DNA of 64,000 nt from a virus. The translations under genes were made by a program, and so were the position numbers. Shown here in pieces: positions 32,555-44,300 of the stretch. How positions within the stretch are numbered: the first letter of the stretch is position 1; every line of letters starts with the position of its first letter. The notes under the pieces were generated by a model. The model was not told where the DNA came from. It saw only the letters and a list, made by a program, of their open reading frames with translations, and did no database searches. The stretch lies in the IMG/VR virus record IMGVR_UViG_3300042868_009489; one strand, given 5' to 3'.

Positions 32555-35296
32555 TCGGACGATGCTCCAGCGTAGGAGTACTTACTACCTGGGAAGGTTG
32601 TTGAATTAATATTTCTTGGTCTTGGCCTATCTGAACCTTCGCTCTCATCGTGCTGATCAACATACTGACCATTTCCTATAGAAATACCCGAGTGACCATA
32701 GCCTTCATCTCCACCCTGCCAAAATACCAAATAACCGGCTGGTGGATTTTTTCCAATTTCGGTATCTGGCCCATAGAACGAAGCACTAGACTTTACACTG
32801 TTTAAATGTTGTCCTGCTGTTGGGAATGAGCTAAGACTAGGCGTAGGCACAGTATACTCAGGTGCGTTACCTGCAGCTGTCCACTCATCTGTGAATAGAG
32901 TAGTTTGCGCTGGACCAAACAATCCCAGAGCGGCTGAAAGAACTCTGGCAAATCTATCACATTGAAAGTTTCCATCAAGATCTGGACGATACTTAGCAAG
33001 CCATTGAGGAACTCTATTCGTGCTAATCCAGTCTGCAGCTTCTTCAATTTGGTACTTAGTGAAAGATCCAGGCGACCCATCTCCTCCAGCACCTTGTGAA
33101 TTAACTACATCAACATTATAGGTGATGACTCCACTAGCCTTTTCGTTTATCAATGAACCATCCTTAGGATGATCATAGAATACGGTACCGTCCATCCACT
33201 CTTCTATGTAATTTATTGTTCTTTTATTGTTCTTTTTAAAGTTTACTCTAACCCAATTTTCTAGCGTTTCTATGGGTTTTCCTGTTGTTAGATATACGTT
33301 GACAGCATTTTGAAATTTTACTTCAAATATAAATCCACAATCAGATCTTGGTGTTTTATCTGAGTTATCATAATCTCCCCAATGGTAAAAACCATTAGAT
33401 GCATCTATCTTCTCTACTTTTTTAAAATCTTTTCTGCCCCACTTATCCATTAGCATCCACACTTGATTAATCGGAAACCATAACCTATCATCGGTTGTAG
33501 ACTTTGACTCTTCTTTTTCTTTATTAATATTATAAATTTCTACTAATTTTTTTGCTACTGCATTAGGATCCCAAGAAGCAGCTTCGGTAGCAGCGTATGC
33601 TAGTTTGTGAGCTTTGACCATTTGCTTTGTTGCGGTAGCGCCATCGTAATAAATTGGCACGTCGTTTGATGCGTTGGTCGACCTATTGATTAAGGAAATC
33701 AAATTATACTGAAACATTCCAATTGAAACGTCACCACCCCAACTTGTTTTACCGTCACTGCATTTGCCGTTATAACCTGCTGGACTAGCTCCACTCTCTC
33801 TTCCCGCTACAGCACAAAAAATTGCTGCTGCTTCGTCAGAGAATGGACCTTCCTGGGAGAGCATTATAAATAATTCATACGGTGTTATTGCTGGACCACC
33901 ATTTTTATAATTTGTATAAGCTTTTTGCTTTGCTGATGATGCGCTTGCTGAATTATCTATCGGGTTTCCATTTTCATCTAATTGTTGAGCAGGCGCGTCG
34001 ACGGATTTCCAGCCACCAGAACCGATATATTTGCCACCTCTTTGTGGACTAAAGCTAATATGAATATTTTCTGTATGCTCTGGACCAAATTCAAAGTTGA
34101 CATATTTTAGACTTGGATATTGTGTTTTGATTGCGGTTTCAGCTGATTCAAAACCTTCTCCAATTCCTTTATCTTTTGCAACGTCGGGATGAATAACTAT
34201 AAGATCTGGCATTAGTGGTTGCGGCATTGTGTTCAACTTTTGTAAGACTATGTCTAAAGCAATCGCGTATCTTTCTTTACCTTTTATAGAGCTATAGTCA
34301 CCAACCGACCTAATATCAAATGCTCTTCCAAAAACATGATCAGAAATAGAGTTCTTATTGCTCTTATCAATTCCACTTTCTGGATTTGAATGTCTACTTG
34401 TTTTATCACTCTCTGAAAGCACTGCTCTATTAAGAGCAAATGTACCATTTATCTTAACGCCCTTATTTACGTCTGTCATCATTAACAAACATTCTATTAG
34501 GGATGCGCTAATGTATGCTGTTTTTTTAGGAGCACTTATTAATGATGATTCAACTGATAACCCAGTTGGATTAGATTCATCTGCATAGTATGAATTTGTT
34601 TGCACGAAAGAATAAGAAGATAAAACATCTGGTATATCAAATTGAAATCCAAGTGTTAAAGCTGGTTCATTAATAGACTGCTTAAGAAGTGTTCCTCTAT
34701 CTATATATATTTGTTTTTCTTCTTCGCTTAATTCTTCTTCTGCTGCTAAAGCTCTTTCTCCCAAACTCGGAGCCAGGCCATCTATTGTGTAACCAGTATT
34801 GTTATGTGTAAACAATGCTCCGGTAGAATCTCCAACCTGCGATTTATCACTTCCTGGCCATTTTCCATTTACTGATTCTAGTAATGGATTAAGAACTGAA
34901 GTTGGTGCATAGCCAGTTCCGACTAAGGACTGAGAGACTACCTTTAAGTATGCTTGATCACCCTTTAGTATCTCAACATCTCCTTTAGTCTGATAATCTG
35001 GATTAGCTATTTGAAATGAATCGCCGGACTGGATACCTGTTGCGAGAATAGAATGAAGAGAAGACCTGACAAACTTCGATGATGCATCGGCTAGCGCTGC
35101 TGGATTTCTAGTTAATGCTCCGTCCAGCCATTATGTCTGTTAAATTTCTAGATGTTAATGTCTGATTCGAATACTTTTCTGTTGACGCTGAAGTAACTAG
35201 GCTGGCTGATCCATCAGGATTATAGCCTTCTGACAACTTTGATATAAAAGCAGTAGAATCATTAAAGTCATTTAAATTAAAATTAAAATCAGACAT
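32527..35296 (-). CDS. Tail-associated multi-domain peptidoglycan hydrolase (M15-like + lytic transglycosylase + CHAP/NlpC), 922 aa when joined by a +1 shift at CGG-A (35120-35122)
   Basis: SDHVFGRAFDI...HTENIHISF; AGRESG...GMFQYN; QCDRF...GYLVFW...YGHSGISIG. A stop-free bridge of about 100 codons links the 62-aa ORF to the 762-aa ORF. Confidence 0.8.
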
Positions 35297-35301
35297 AGTT
35301 A

Positions 35302-38300
35302 TTACACTCCACCCTTCTGCTCAACATAAACCGGCATTGGTATAGCTCTATCTAAGCCACCGGTAGATGCTCTCTCTCTTAGCAAATCCAAGGTATAGAC
35401 TTGAGCTAAGTTATTCGTTACTAGTTCCCAGTTAAGAGTTGCTGGCGCTCCGTCATTATAGTACTCATCCCAAGAAATATATGGCCATTCTGAAGCTTTT
35501 GAATAAAGAACTTCTAATATTTTAAAGTTAACTAAATCATTAAACAATTTTCTTTCATCATTAGTTATAGTTAATAACGGGTCCGTTTCTCCAGTAATTT
35601 CAAAATGATTCTCCATGTTAGAAGTATATATTGAATTATATATCTCATCAAACTTTTTACCAAATACTGTTTCTTTATAAAGATTTTCTTTGAATTTTTC
35701 TTTCTTTCTTATAATACTTAAGTCAAGATTTTGAACAAAGAAAGATCTTACTATGGAAATATTTGCTTCTTTATCTTCATCAAGCATTCTATAAAAAACT
35801 GTTCCTAAGGATTTTTCTCTTTCTTGATCTCCATAGTTAACGCCTTTAAAATAACTATTTGTATTATTAATTCTTGAGCCAGGAGACAAATCATCTTCTG
35901 TATAAATAGAAACTGAGGATTGATCATTGGGAGAAACTCTAATGACAAAAGGCTTATCTCTGAGTCTTTCACTTACGAAAATTGCCGCTCTTCCACCTGG
36001 TGAATTAACGTTTATTGCAGTAGTCGGATCATCTGGCTTATACCCAGCTTGTATAGAAGTATTTGTGTACGCCTGGAAGGTGCCAAGACTCGAAGCTATT
36101 ATTCCCTCTAGTCTTACTTTAAAAGGTTGACCAGTTGGATTCATTAGATCTATAACTTCTATTTCATCGCCATCTATAACATTATGTAACTTACATATTA
36201 CCTTAAAGTATTGATTTAACCCAGTTTTATCTGGGCCAGTTCCAGAGTACTTTAACACTTCAGCATTAACTAATGCATTTTCGTAACTCACATATCTTAC
36301 CAAGTCGGTTATTTCTTTTTCTTTCCAGCCCAGACTCTTAAGTAAGTCATCATTTCTAATGAACGCATTGCCATCAACGGTTCTAACCTTACTCTTTACT
36401 CCTAAGATTCCAGGAAGAAGTCTCTTTGTGTGATATCTACCAACAACCATTCCTTGATTTATTGCAAGACTTGCATCCATTGGTTGACCGTTCTTATTTA
36501 AATAAGATACATAACAGCCATGTTGATCTAGAACGTTATCCCTCACCCAACTCCATCCCTTCCAGAATAAATCAGATGCTACTCCAGCAGCAATTCCACC
36601 AGCAATCGCACCAAAAGGAATTGCTGCTGCTGCAGCGGTTAAACCAACCGTAGTCAGATAAGTTGCTGCGATTCCCTTTAAGCTCATTCCGTTTTCGGAG
36701 TTTTGTTTCATCTGATTCTCTATTTGAGATTGAGCGTCTGTTAATCCCTCAGCTGCAAAGTTTGCCATTATGTCAGACATGAGTGCACTTGATCCATGGG
36801 TAAATTGCACACCACCCATCATCTGTGATCTTAGCGCTTCTGACATACCGTCAACAGAAATGTCTCCACCAGACAAGATTCCAGTGCTTCCAGCCTGAAC
36901 TGAATTAATCAAACTTCTTGTATCATTTCTTATATTCTGAATTGACATCCAAGAATGAATCCAACTAGACATAAACCATCTTGCTGGATCATTGATGGTC
37001 ACAAGAGCATTAGGTGTAATAGATGTAATGAATCCCATATTTGGAGTAAAGTGATGAACGACTTGTTCAACTTCAAAAATTCCATACATTCTTTCATAAA
37101 CATCAGCAAGATAAACTAGGTCATGAGGTCTTATATCTGCGCTTCCTATTACAATTAACTCTCCAGAATATATATCTTTTAGAGATTCCTTAAGATGGGC
37201 CAAGGCAACTCTTCTTGCCATTAGTTCATCTGGCGCACCTTGAGATAATTTTATTGCTCCTCTTGCAAATTCTATTGGGTGAAATAATGGTTGAGCAATT
37301 CCAAATAAACCTTCACCCATTATGTTGTCAAAGAATAAACCAGTCTCTACAGTTTTCTCAACCTGTCTTTCTGCTGGAATGCTTTTATCTAAAGCTACTG
37401 TTACTGGATATTTTCCTTCAGATACAGCGGTTACTTGAGTTGCTACATTGGTTATAGTCTCTTGTATATTATTAGCTATGATAGTTGAGAATGAACTTAT
37501 ATAGTGTATTTTCTGGAATGGCTCACGTACCTCGACTACTGGTTCTCCATACTCTCTGGTAAATGGGTTATCAATAGCTCTTAATAGTGATCCAGGTCTT
37601 CCTAGCGAATAATAGATAGAGTCGTTTAATACTTTATTCATAATGTTTGCTTGTTTAGAGAAGTTGTCTATATTAGATAAACCATATCCCATTTGAAGCA
37701 TGGACATTCTAAACATATTCATCAGACCTGATAGACCATCGCTCAGTGCTGTAAACAATGGTCCAATATTTTGATCCCAAAAGCTATCAATATTATGAGT
37801 TAATACACCAACTACGTTACCCGCACTATTTCCTTCACCCTTATTATCAGCTAAAAGCTTCAAGAATTTTCTCTTATTTGATGCGTAGTCTTGATTTGGA
37901 TCAATGAATGCAGCGAAAATTTTATGGACTGGGCTAAAGTCCCACATGTCATCACCGGTATATTGTCTATTTGGCTTTAAGACTAACCAAGCTCGTGCGT
38001 AAGAATCCTGCCACATCGCCTGTCTAAACATTCCAACTATCAATAAGAATACTTGTTTTGGTGTAAAGTTATCTTTAATTATGTCATCTGCTTTTGGCTG
38101 TCCGCCACCAACATCAGCGCCAAGTATTAAGGATAAATTAGATTGTGATTGTAAAAATAATCCTAATTTTTTATATTTTGTTCTTACTAAAGTATCGAAA
38201 TACCTAACTAGCCCACCTTCATCAAGCGGTGCATCAACTAAATTCTTTCTAGCAAATTCTATAGCTTGTTTAACTGTATCGGAACTAACTAATGATGTAG

Positions 38301-41300
38301 ATCCTGACTCAATCTGTCTCTCCATTGAATCAGCTGTACCGTATGGTATTCCAGTTCTTGCATTTGGATTTGTTATAAAGTCACTTCCAAGCAACAAGCT
38401 AAATTCATCTACCGCCGTACTGTCAGGCCCATTTGCACTAAACAGTTTAAATATATCTGGATTTGCTTTTGGATTTCGCAATATGGTTATTAGAAAATCT
38501 GGAAGTGGAGTTTTATCATCTGGATCCATTCCAAAGGCATCGAAGAATATTTTCTTTATCGCTATTTCGTTGTGGTAGCCAAATCTAAATTGATCCCATA
38601 CATCATTTGCCTGACTAAGAGTTCTTCCATTTCCAGCTATCACATGAGTGGAAGCGCTAAATCCTTCGTCAAAAAACTCTCTAGCTTTTATGGATTCTGG
38701 TGAAGCTGGATCATACACGGCAGCAAATCTTTCTCTACCAGAACCAGAATCCTCATCTCCAGTTGTAGGAAGTTCACTGTCTAATATTTTCCATAAAGCA
38801 TCGCGCTCAAGAGGGCTATAGTCTGCTTTTATTATATAGTCAAAATAACCACCTTCTTTACCATCCTTGCTACCAAGAATATTTCCGCCTCTAGCAGCTG
38901 CTTCCGCAAAATGACTTTGGTCAAGAAGTGTTATTCCACTTACTGGAACAAACTCTTTCCATTGAGTATTGGTAAAAGCTGTTGGTCTTTCGTTCAATAA
39001 TTCCATCTGCCTTTCCATTGAATCGGCTGAGCCAGTTCTTCCCGATCTTTGAGCGCCTGCCTTACTTGCTTCTTCTGCTAAAAGTTTTCCATCACCTTCT
39101 GCTGCAAAAGCGCCAAAACCAACAAAATATGATTTACCCATATCTGCGTCACCCTTGTAGGTAAACTCATTTGCTGGATTATATATTGTTGTTACAACTC
39201 CAAGTGGAACACTATCATCCACAAAAGTAAAATAGCAATCTCTTGGCATCGGGACTGGGGCGAGACCAGCTTGAGCTAATGCTGATGCGCTTGCGCTTGC
39301 TCTATTCTCATCAAAACCTTTATCATCTTTTTCTCTTTTAAAATAACCTTTTTCATTTTCGGTTAAGTGCATGACGCCAAGATAATAAGCTGCGTCTGGA
39401 GATACAACTGCAGCCAAGTCAACCTCTTCTGCAATTGCCGATCTTGGGCTTACTACCCATTCTTCGCTCCAGTCATTTTCCTGATTAGTTCCGTATATTA
39501 AGTCGGCTTTATCGGTACCCCATAAGAAGTAAGCAGGCTTACACACAACTGCTGTTCTAGTTGTTGGACTGTATACTAAGACTTTTCTATTCTTATAATC
39601 CTTTGGCTTACCATGAAATTGATCTACATCTCTGTCTGAAAAATATTTATCTTTAAACTTTTTAAAGATTTCATCATCTTTATCCTCAGTTATTTCATAA
39701 GGCCATCTCATAGCTATGTAGAATTGCTCATCAATAGGATATTGAGGAGATCCCCAATCTCTGTAACTAAATGGACTTCCGGAAGTAATTGTTCTCTGAT
39801 TAATATACTCATATTCCCAAGAACCTTTAAGTTCATTTAATCCCCTAGAGTGCTCCAATAATGAAGGTAGCGGCATTCTTACTAGTGACTTGGTCCCCAC
39901 CGCTCCACTTGTGTTTAGGTCAAATATAAATTTATCATTACCAAATGTATTGATTGGATTAACTGCGGCAGTAAATGATATAGATGCAAGATTTATCACA
40001 AACTCATCTTCTGTTCCTCCTTCACGTTTATCCGTTAGTGAACCAGCAAGTAGACTTGCTTCTGTGTCTATTAAACTTCTATACAAGGTATCGTGATTAA
40101 ACTTTTCAAGATCTTTATCACCATCATGTATGGTTCCGGTTTTCAGTCTATCATCACCTTCTCCTGATCTATTTGTGCTCAGTGCATAAAAGGAATAGTC
40201 TAGCAAAACTGATCCAGCGACTCTGTCTGTAAAATACGGAAAAGAAAACCTAAGTGGCATTTGAGGTATTTCTACGTGTAAGTTTTTCATCTTTTCTATG
40301 TCTACTTCGGAGGCATTCTGTCCAGTAGAATCTATTGGTAAGTGGAAACCAACCGTTACGTAGCCTTTACTCTTTGGTATTTCTGATAAAATATCATTCG
40401 TCAATTGTTCTTTTGTTGTTTTACTATTCCCATAATATGCAGTTCTCCAAGGATCTAAGAAGTTAATAACTTTTCCTCTTAGTATTCCAGCTGGTGCATA
40501 TATATCTGAGAATGAAGATTGCTGTTGCACTATATCAGAAATAGATATTGCTGGATTTTGTGCTTGCCTCATTGCTTCGTAATCAGCAGTAGAGTTTGAT
40601 TGCTTATTAACCTTTGTTAAAAGATCCATTAATTCAGAATCTGGACTTCTATAACTTGGGGTCTTTAGTCCTAGTTCTACGGCTCTTTTTTCAGAAGGAT
40701 AACCAGTAGTAATTGGGACTACCGCTGACGTATACAACCAGTGTGGCTTACCATAGAACACGGTTGATCTGTCTTCAAATGGTCTTACGGCAACAATATA
40801 GTTTGGCAGTAGTCTTGCGCACATTTGGAAAAGATCCCAAACAGATTTCATATATGTTTGTGCCCTAAACGAAACTTCATCAAAGCCTGGCATGTCGTCG
40901 TCAAGATCGCTAATTAGTCCAAACGTTTTCCAAATGTTTACGCCGCCTCTACCAGTTAAGCTTCCAAGTAACGATGCTCCTCCACCAACTGCTAGAGCTC
41001 CACCTATGAATGGAAGTGCGATGCCACCTGTGCCAATGGCTAATGCGGCTCCTGCTGCCAGTAATCCACCACCAAGTACTGCAGCTGCTGTCCCACCACT
41101 AGCTCTTGCTTCCATCCCCAGCGTTAGGTTATCTATTGCAGCTGAGGCGTTTTGAGATCCTCCATCATATCTTTGAAGTAGATTATTCCATGAAGAATCT
41201 GTAAGTCTATTTAGATATTCTAATCTTGGATTAGGTTCTTCTCCTGGAGTTAATGAAGCTGCATTAGACCAACCATCTCCTAAGTCACCACCAAGGAATT

Positions 41301-44300
41301 GAGCTACACCAGTTCCATTACCTGGATAAATATTTCTCTTATACAATTCTAGATCTGGTTGTGATGCAAAGTTTGACCACATGGTTCTCATTATTCCAAC
41401 CATTGGTAGTCTTACGTCTATGCCAAATGGTGATGCGCCGAGTCCAGTCCCATTTGAATTATCACCAAACGGATTTAAGGCACCTGCTGCGGTACTAGCA
41501 CCACCAGTTAAACCACTACCTTGACCAACTGCCAGTAGTGCATCTGAAGCTGCGTTTCTAATGCCAGCGTTTTTATTTCTTTCCATATCATTTAATGGCT
41601 CATAAAGTATGCTTCCAAAATGTTTAATTCCAAATTTGTTGTCAGAAAATATAGTTTTTTTTGTTGCGTGAGCAAAAGCTTCTTTTGTTCTAGATGTGCC
41701 CATTGAAAGAAGTCGAACCATTAAATCTCTTGGTTCAGATAAGTACAATCCGGTATTAAGACCGCCGTCTATGTGACCGCTAGATCCCTTTTTGTCAACA
41801 GAGTTTACTACTGGGCTAAGTTCGATGGCGTCAGATTGACATGTGACTGTAACTATTTCTCCTAATTCAACTTCAGTTATTACACCATTGAATATAGTAT
41901 GAAGTGAGTTTGGATTTGCACCATAACCAACTCTTAAGTGAACTCTTACGCCTGGCTTAAGTCTCATATTTTCTATGTCAACAATGTATTGACTTTCCAT
42001 ATGACCTAATTGATTTCTTGCAAAATTTAAAGTTCTATCGATTACCTGCTCAAGGCCAGAAGTTAGTGATAATTTATCTACACCAGGCTTATCATCTGTC
42101 TCACCACTTCCGCTAAATATTGTTGTAGCTTCTTTTGTAGAAAGCTTTGCGTACATATTGGAAGCTCTAAATACTAGCGTATCGCCTAAGATATCTTCAG
42201 AAGACACTACAGAAAAATCTATTATAGATTGCAGTCCATAGAAATTATCAAATAGTTTTGTGCCAGCAAAATTCTTTTCATCTATTAACCAAAGCATATA
42301 CGTAGGAAAGGCCCTAACCATTCTTCCTGATATATCCCTGTACTGAGTATCTATCATCATTTTTTCCCAGTGATCAGTAACGCTCTTTGAGTTACCATTT
42401 GACTTCATAGTTTCTGGCTTACCCTCATCTCCAGATGAATATGAGTACTGGTATTCAGATAACGCTTTTGCCCCAGGAACTCCGGTTAAAGATTTTGTTG
42501 TTCCGACATCTGGCGTCTGAGTGTCAGTTATCCCCACATATTCAACTGAACTATCTTTTTTAACAGCAACGTCATCTACGGTTAAATAAAATCTTCCATT
42601 TTTTTTATCGATATACCCAAATTGATATCCGTCTGCAGTATGTATCATTGATGGGATTTTTGTGTCACCAGGCCCAGATGCTGCTGGAAAAGTATTTATG
42701 ATAGCATGCGCGTCTAGTTCGTCTGGATTAAAGCTTACATATTTATCTTCTGCAAATCCATCATCGGAGCCACCCAATGCAGATTGCAATTTTGCTCTTG
42801 CTTCTTCATTGGAACTTGATAGATCTCCAGATTTTAATTGACCAGAAGATAGTCTCCAACTGGAATCAGCTAAATCTTTAGTGTCAAATTCACCCTCGTC
42901 TAAAGAGTCTACATAATTTAATAAAAATTTATCGTGAGGTTGATCAATGTCTAATAAGGCTTCCATTATATAAGAAGCTGTTTCTGAAGCCTTTAATCCT
43001 AGTGTTCCCCTAGAGTAAGCTTTTAATTCATCTAATTGATCATTTAATATATATTCTCTAAACTTAGCAACAACCGCAGAGCCCTTATGCGTCATTGATC
43101 CATAAGGTGTTACCACTGTTATTTCTTTAGATGGGTCAACATTAAACGTATCAAGTCTAGAGAGCTTGCCTTTATTTTCGGTGACGCTATGTATAACGTC
43201 TCTGTCAAACATCTCAAAACTTCTAAAATAAAAATCTGGATCAAGACATCCTACGACTTCGCTGTCCTTATTTCTAATCTCTAATGGAAAGTCTGGATAT
43301 GAGTTAAACGAGCCCCACAACTGCTTCATTCTTAGGAATGGATTTTTCTTTGTCCCGAATTCTTCAATCATCTTTCTTTGTTGATCAGAAGATAATTGTT
43401 CACGTTTTTGCTGAAATATATCAAAATCTACTAATCTTAAAGAAACATCATAGACATGTGGAAAATTTGGAATAGTTGAAACATTAAATGAGAGAGGAAG
43501 AACATACTTAACTCCAGCCAAAGCTGTTATTATATTTTTGATACCTAAAAATCCCATAACGCCAGCAGCGTGTTCGAGTCTAGCTAATCCGTTGATGTGA
43601 TCAAATATTTTTCTTAATTTTATTAATTCTTTTTCACCAAATACTTTCATGGAAATATTTATATAACTATCTCCACCGCCAATGTGCTGATAAGTTGGCT
43701 CATCTTGCATCTGTACTTGTAGTGGAATTATATTATTGCTCATTGAGATAGAGACATCGGTAACGATTGCATTAGCTGGATCTATGTCAACTCTTATCAT
43801 TGGCACTTCCCACTCTCTTATGTGGAAGCTCCCATTTCTTTCCCTAGCTGCCTCCATCAAATCTCTGATTGGTCCAGCCTTAAAGAATCTTTCATACACC
43901 ATAGAACTATAACCAGCAGCAAACTGCTTCTTAATTATTGATCTTTCGTTCTCTTTCCATTCATCATCTTTAGTTTTTCCTGCATTTATTGCTCTTTTTT
44001 GCAAATACTCATCAACCAAAAAATCAAGATAAGAGGTTGTAGTTAAAGCTTTAGATTTAAAGAAAGATTTTATCTGAGATAGTGTTTCATCCTGGAAAAC
44101 AATTGCTCCAAAAACATATCTTTCTGTATCTTCATATGCGTTTTCTGTTCTATCAAAATCTCTTAAGTAGGCTTTCCTGTTGGAATCAAGCTGTGGATTC
44201 TGAAATATAAAACTTGTTATGATAAAATCATAAGCTTTTTTTTGAAAGTCTGTTGTATTTCTTCCCGCAGTTAATATGTCAATACTTTGTACGATTTTTT

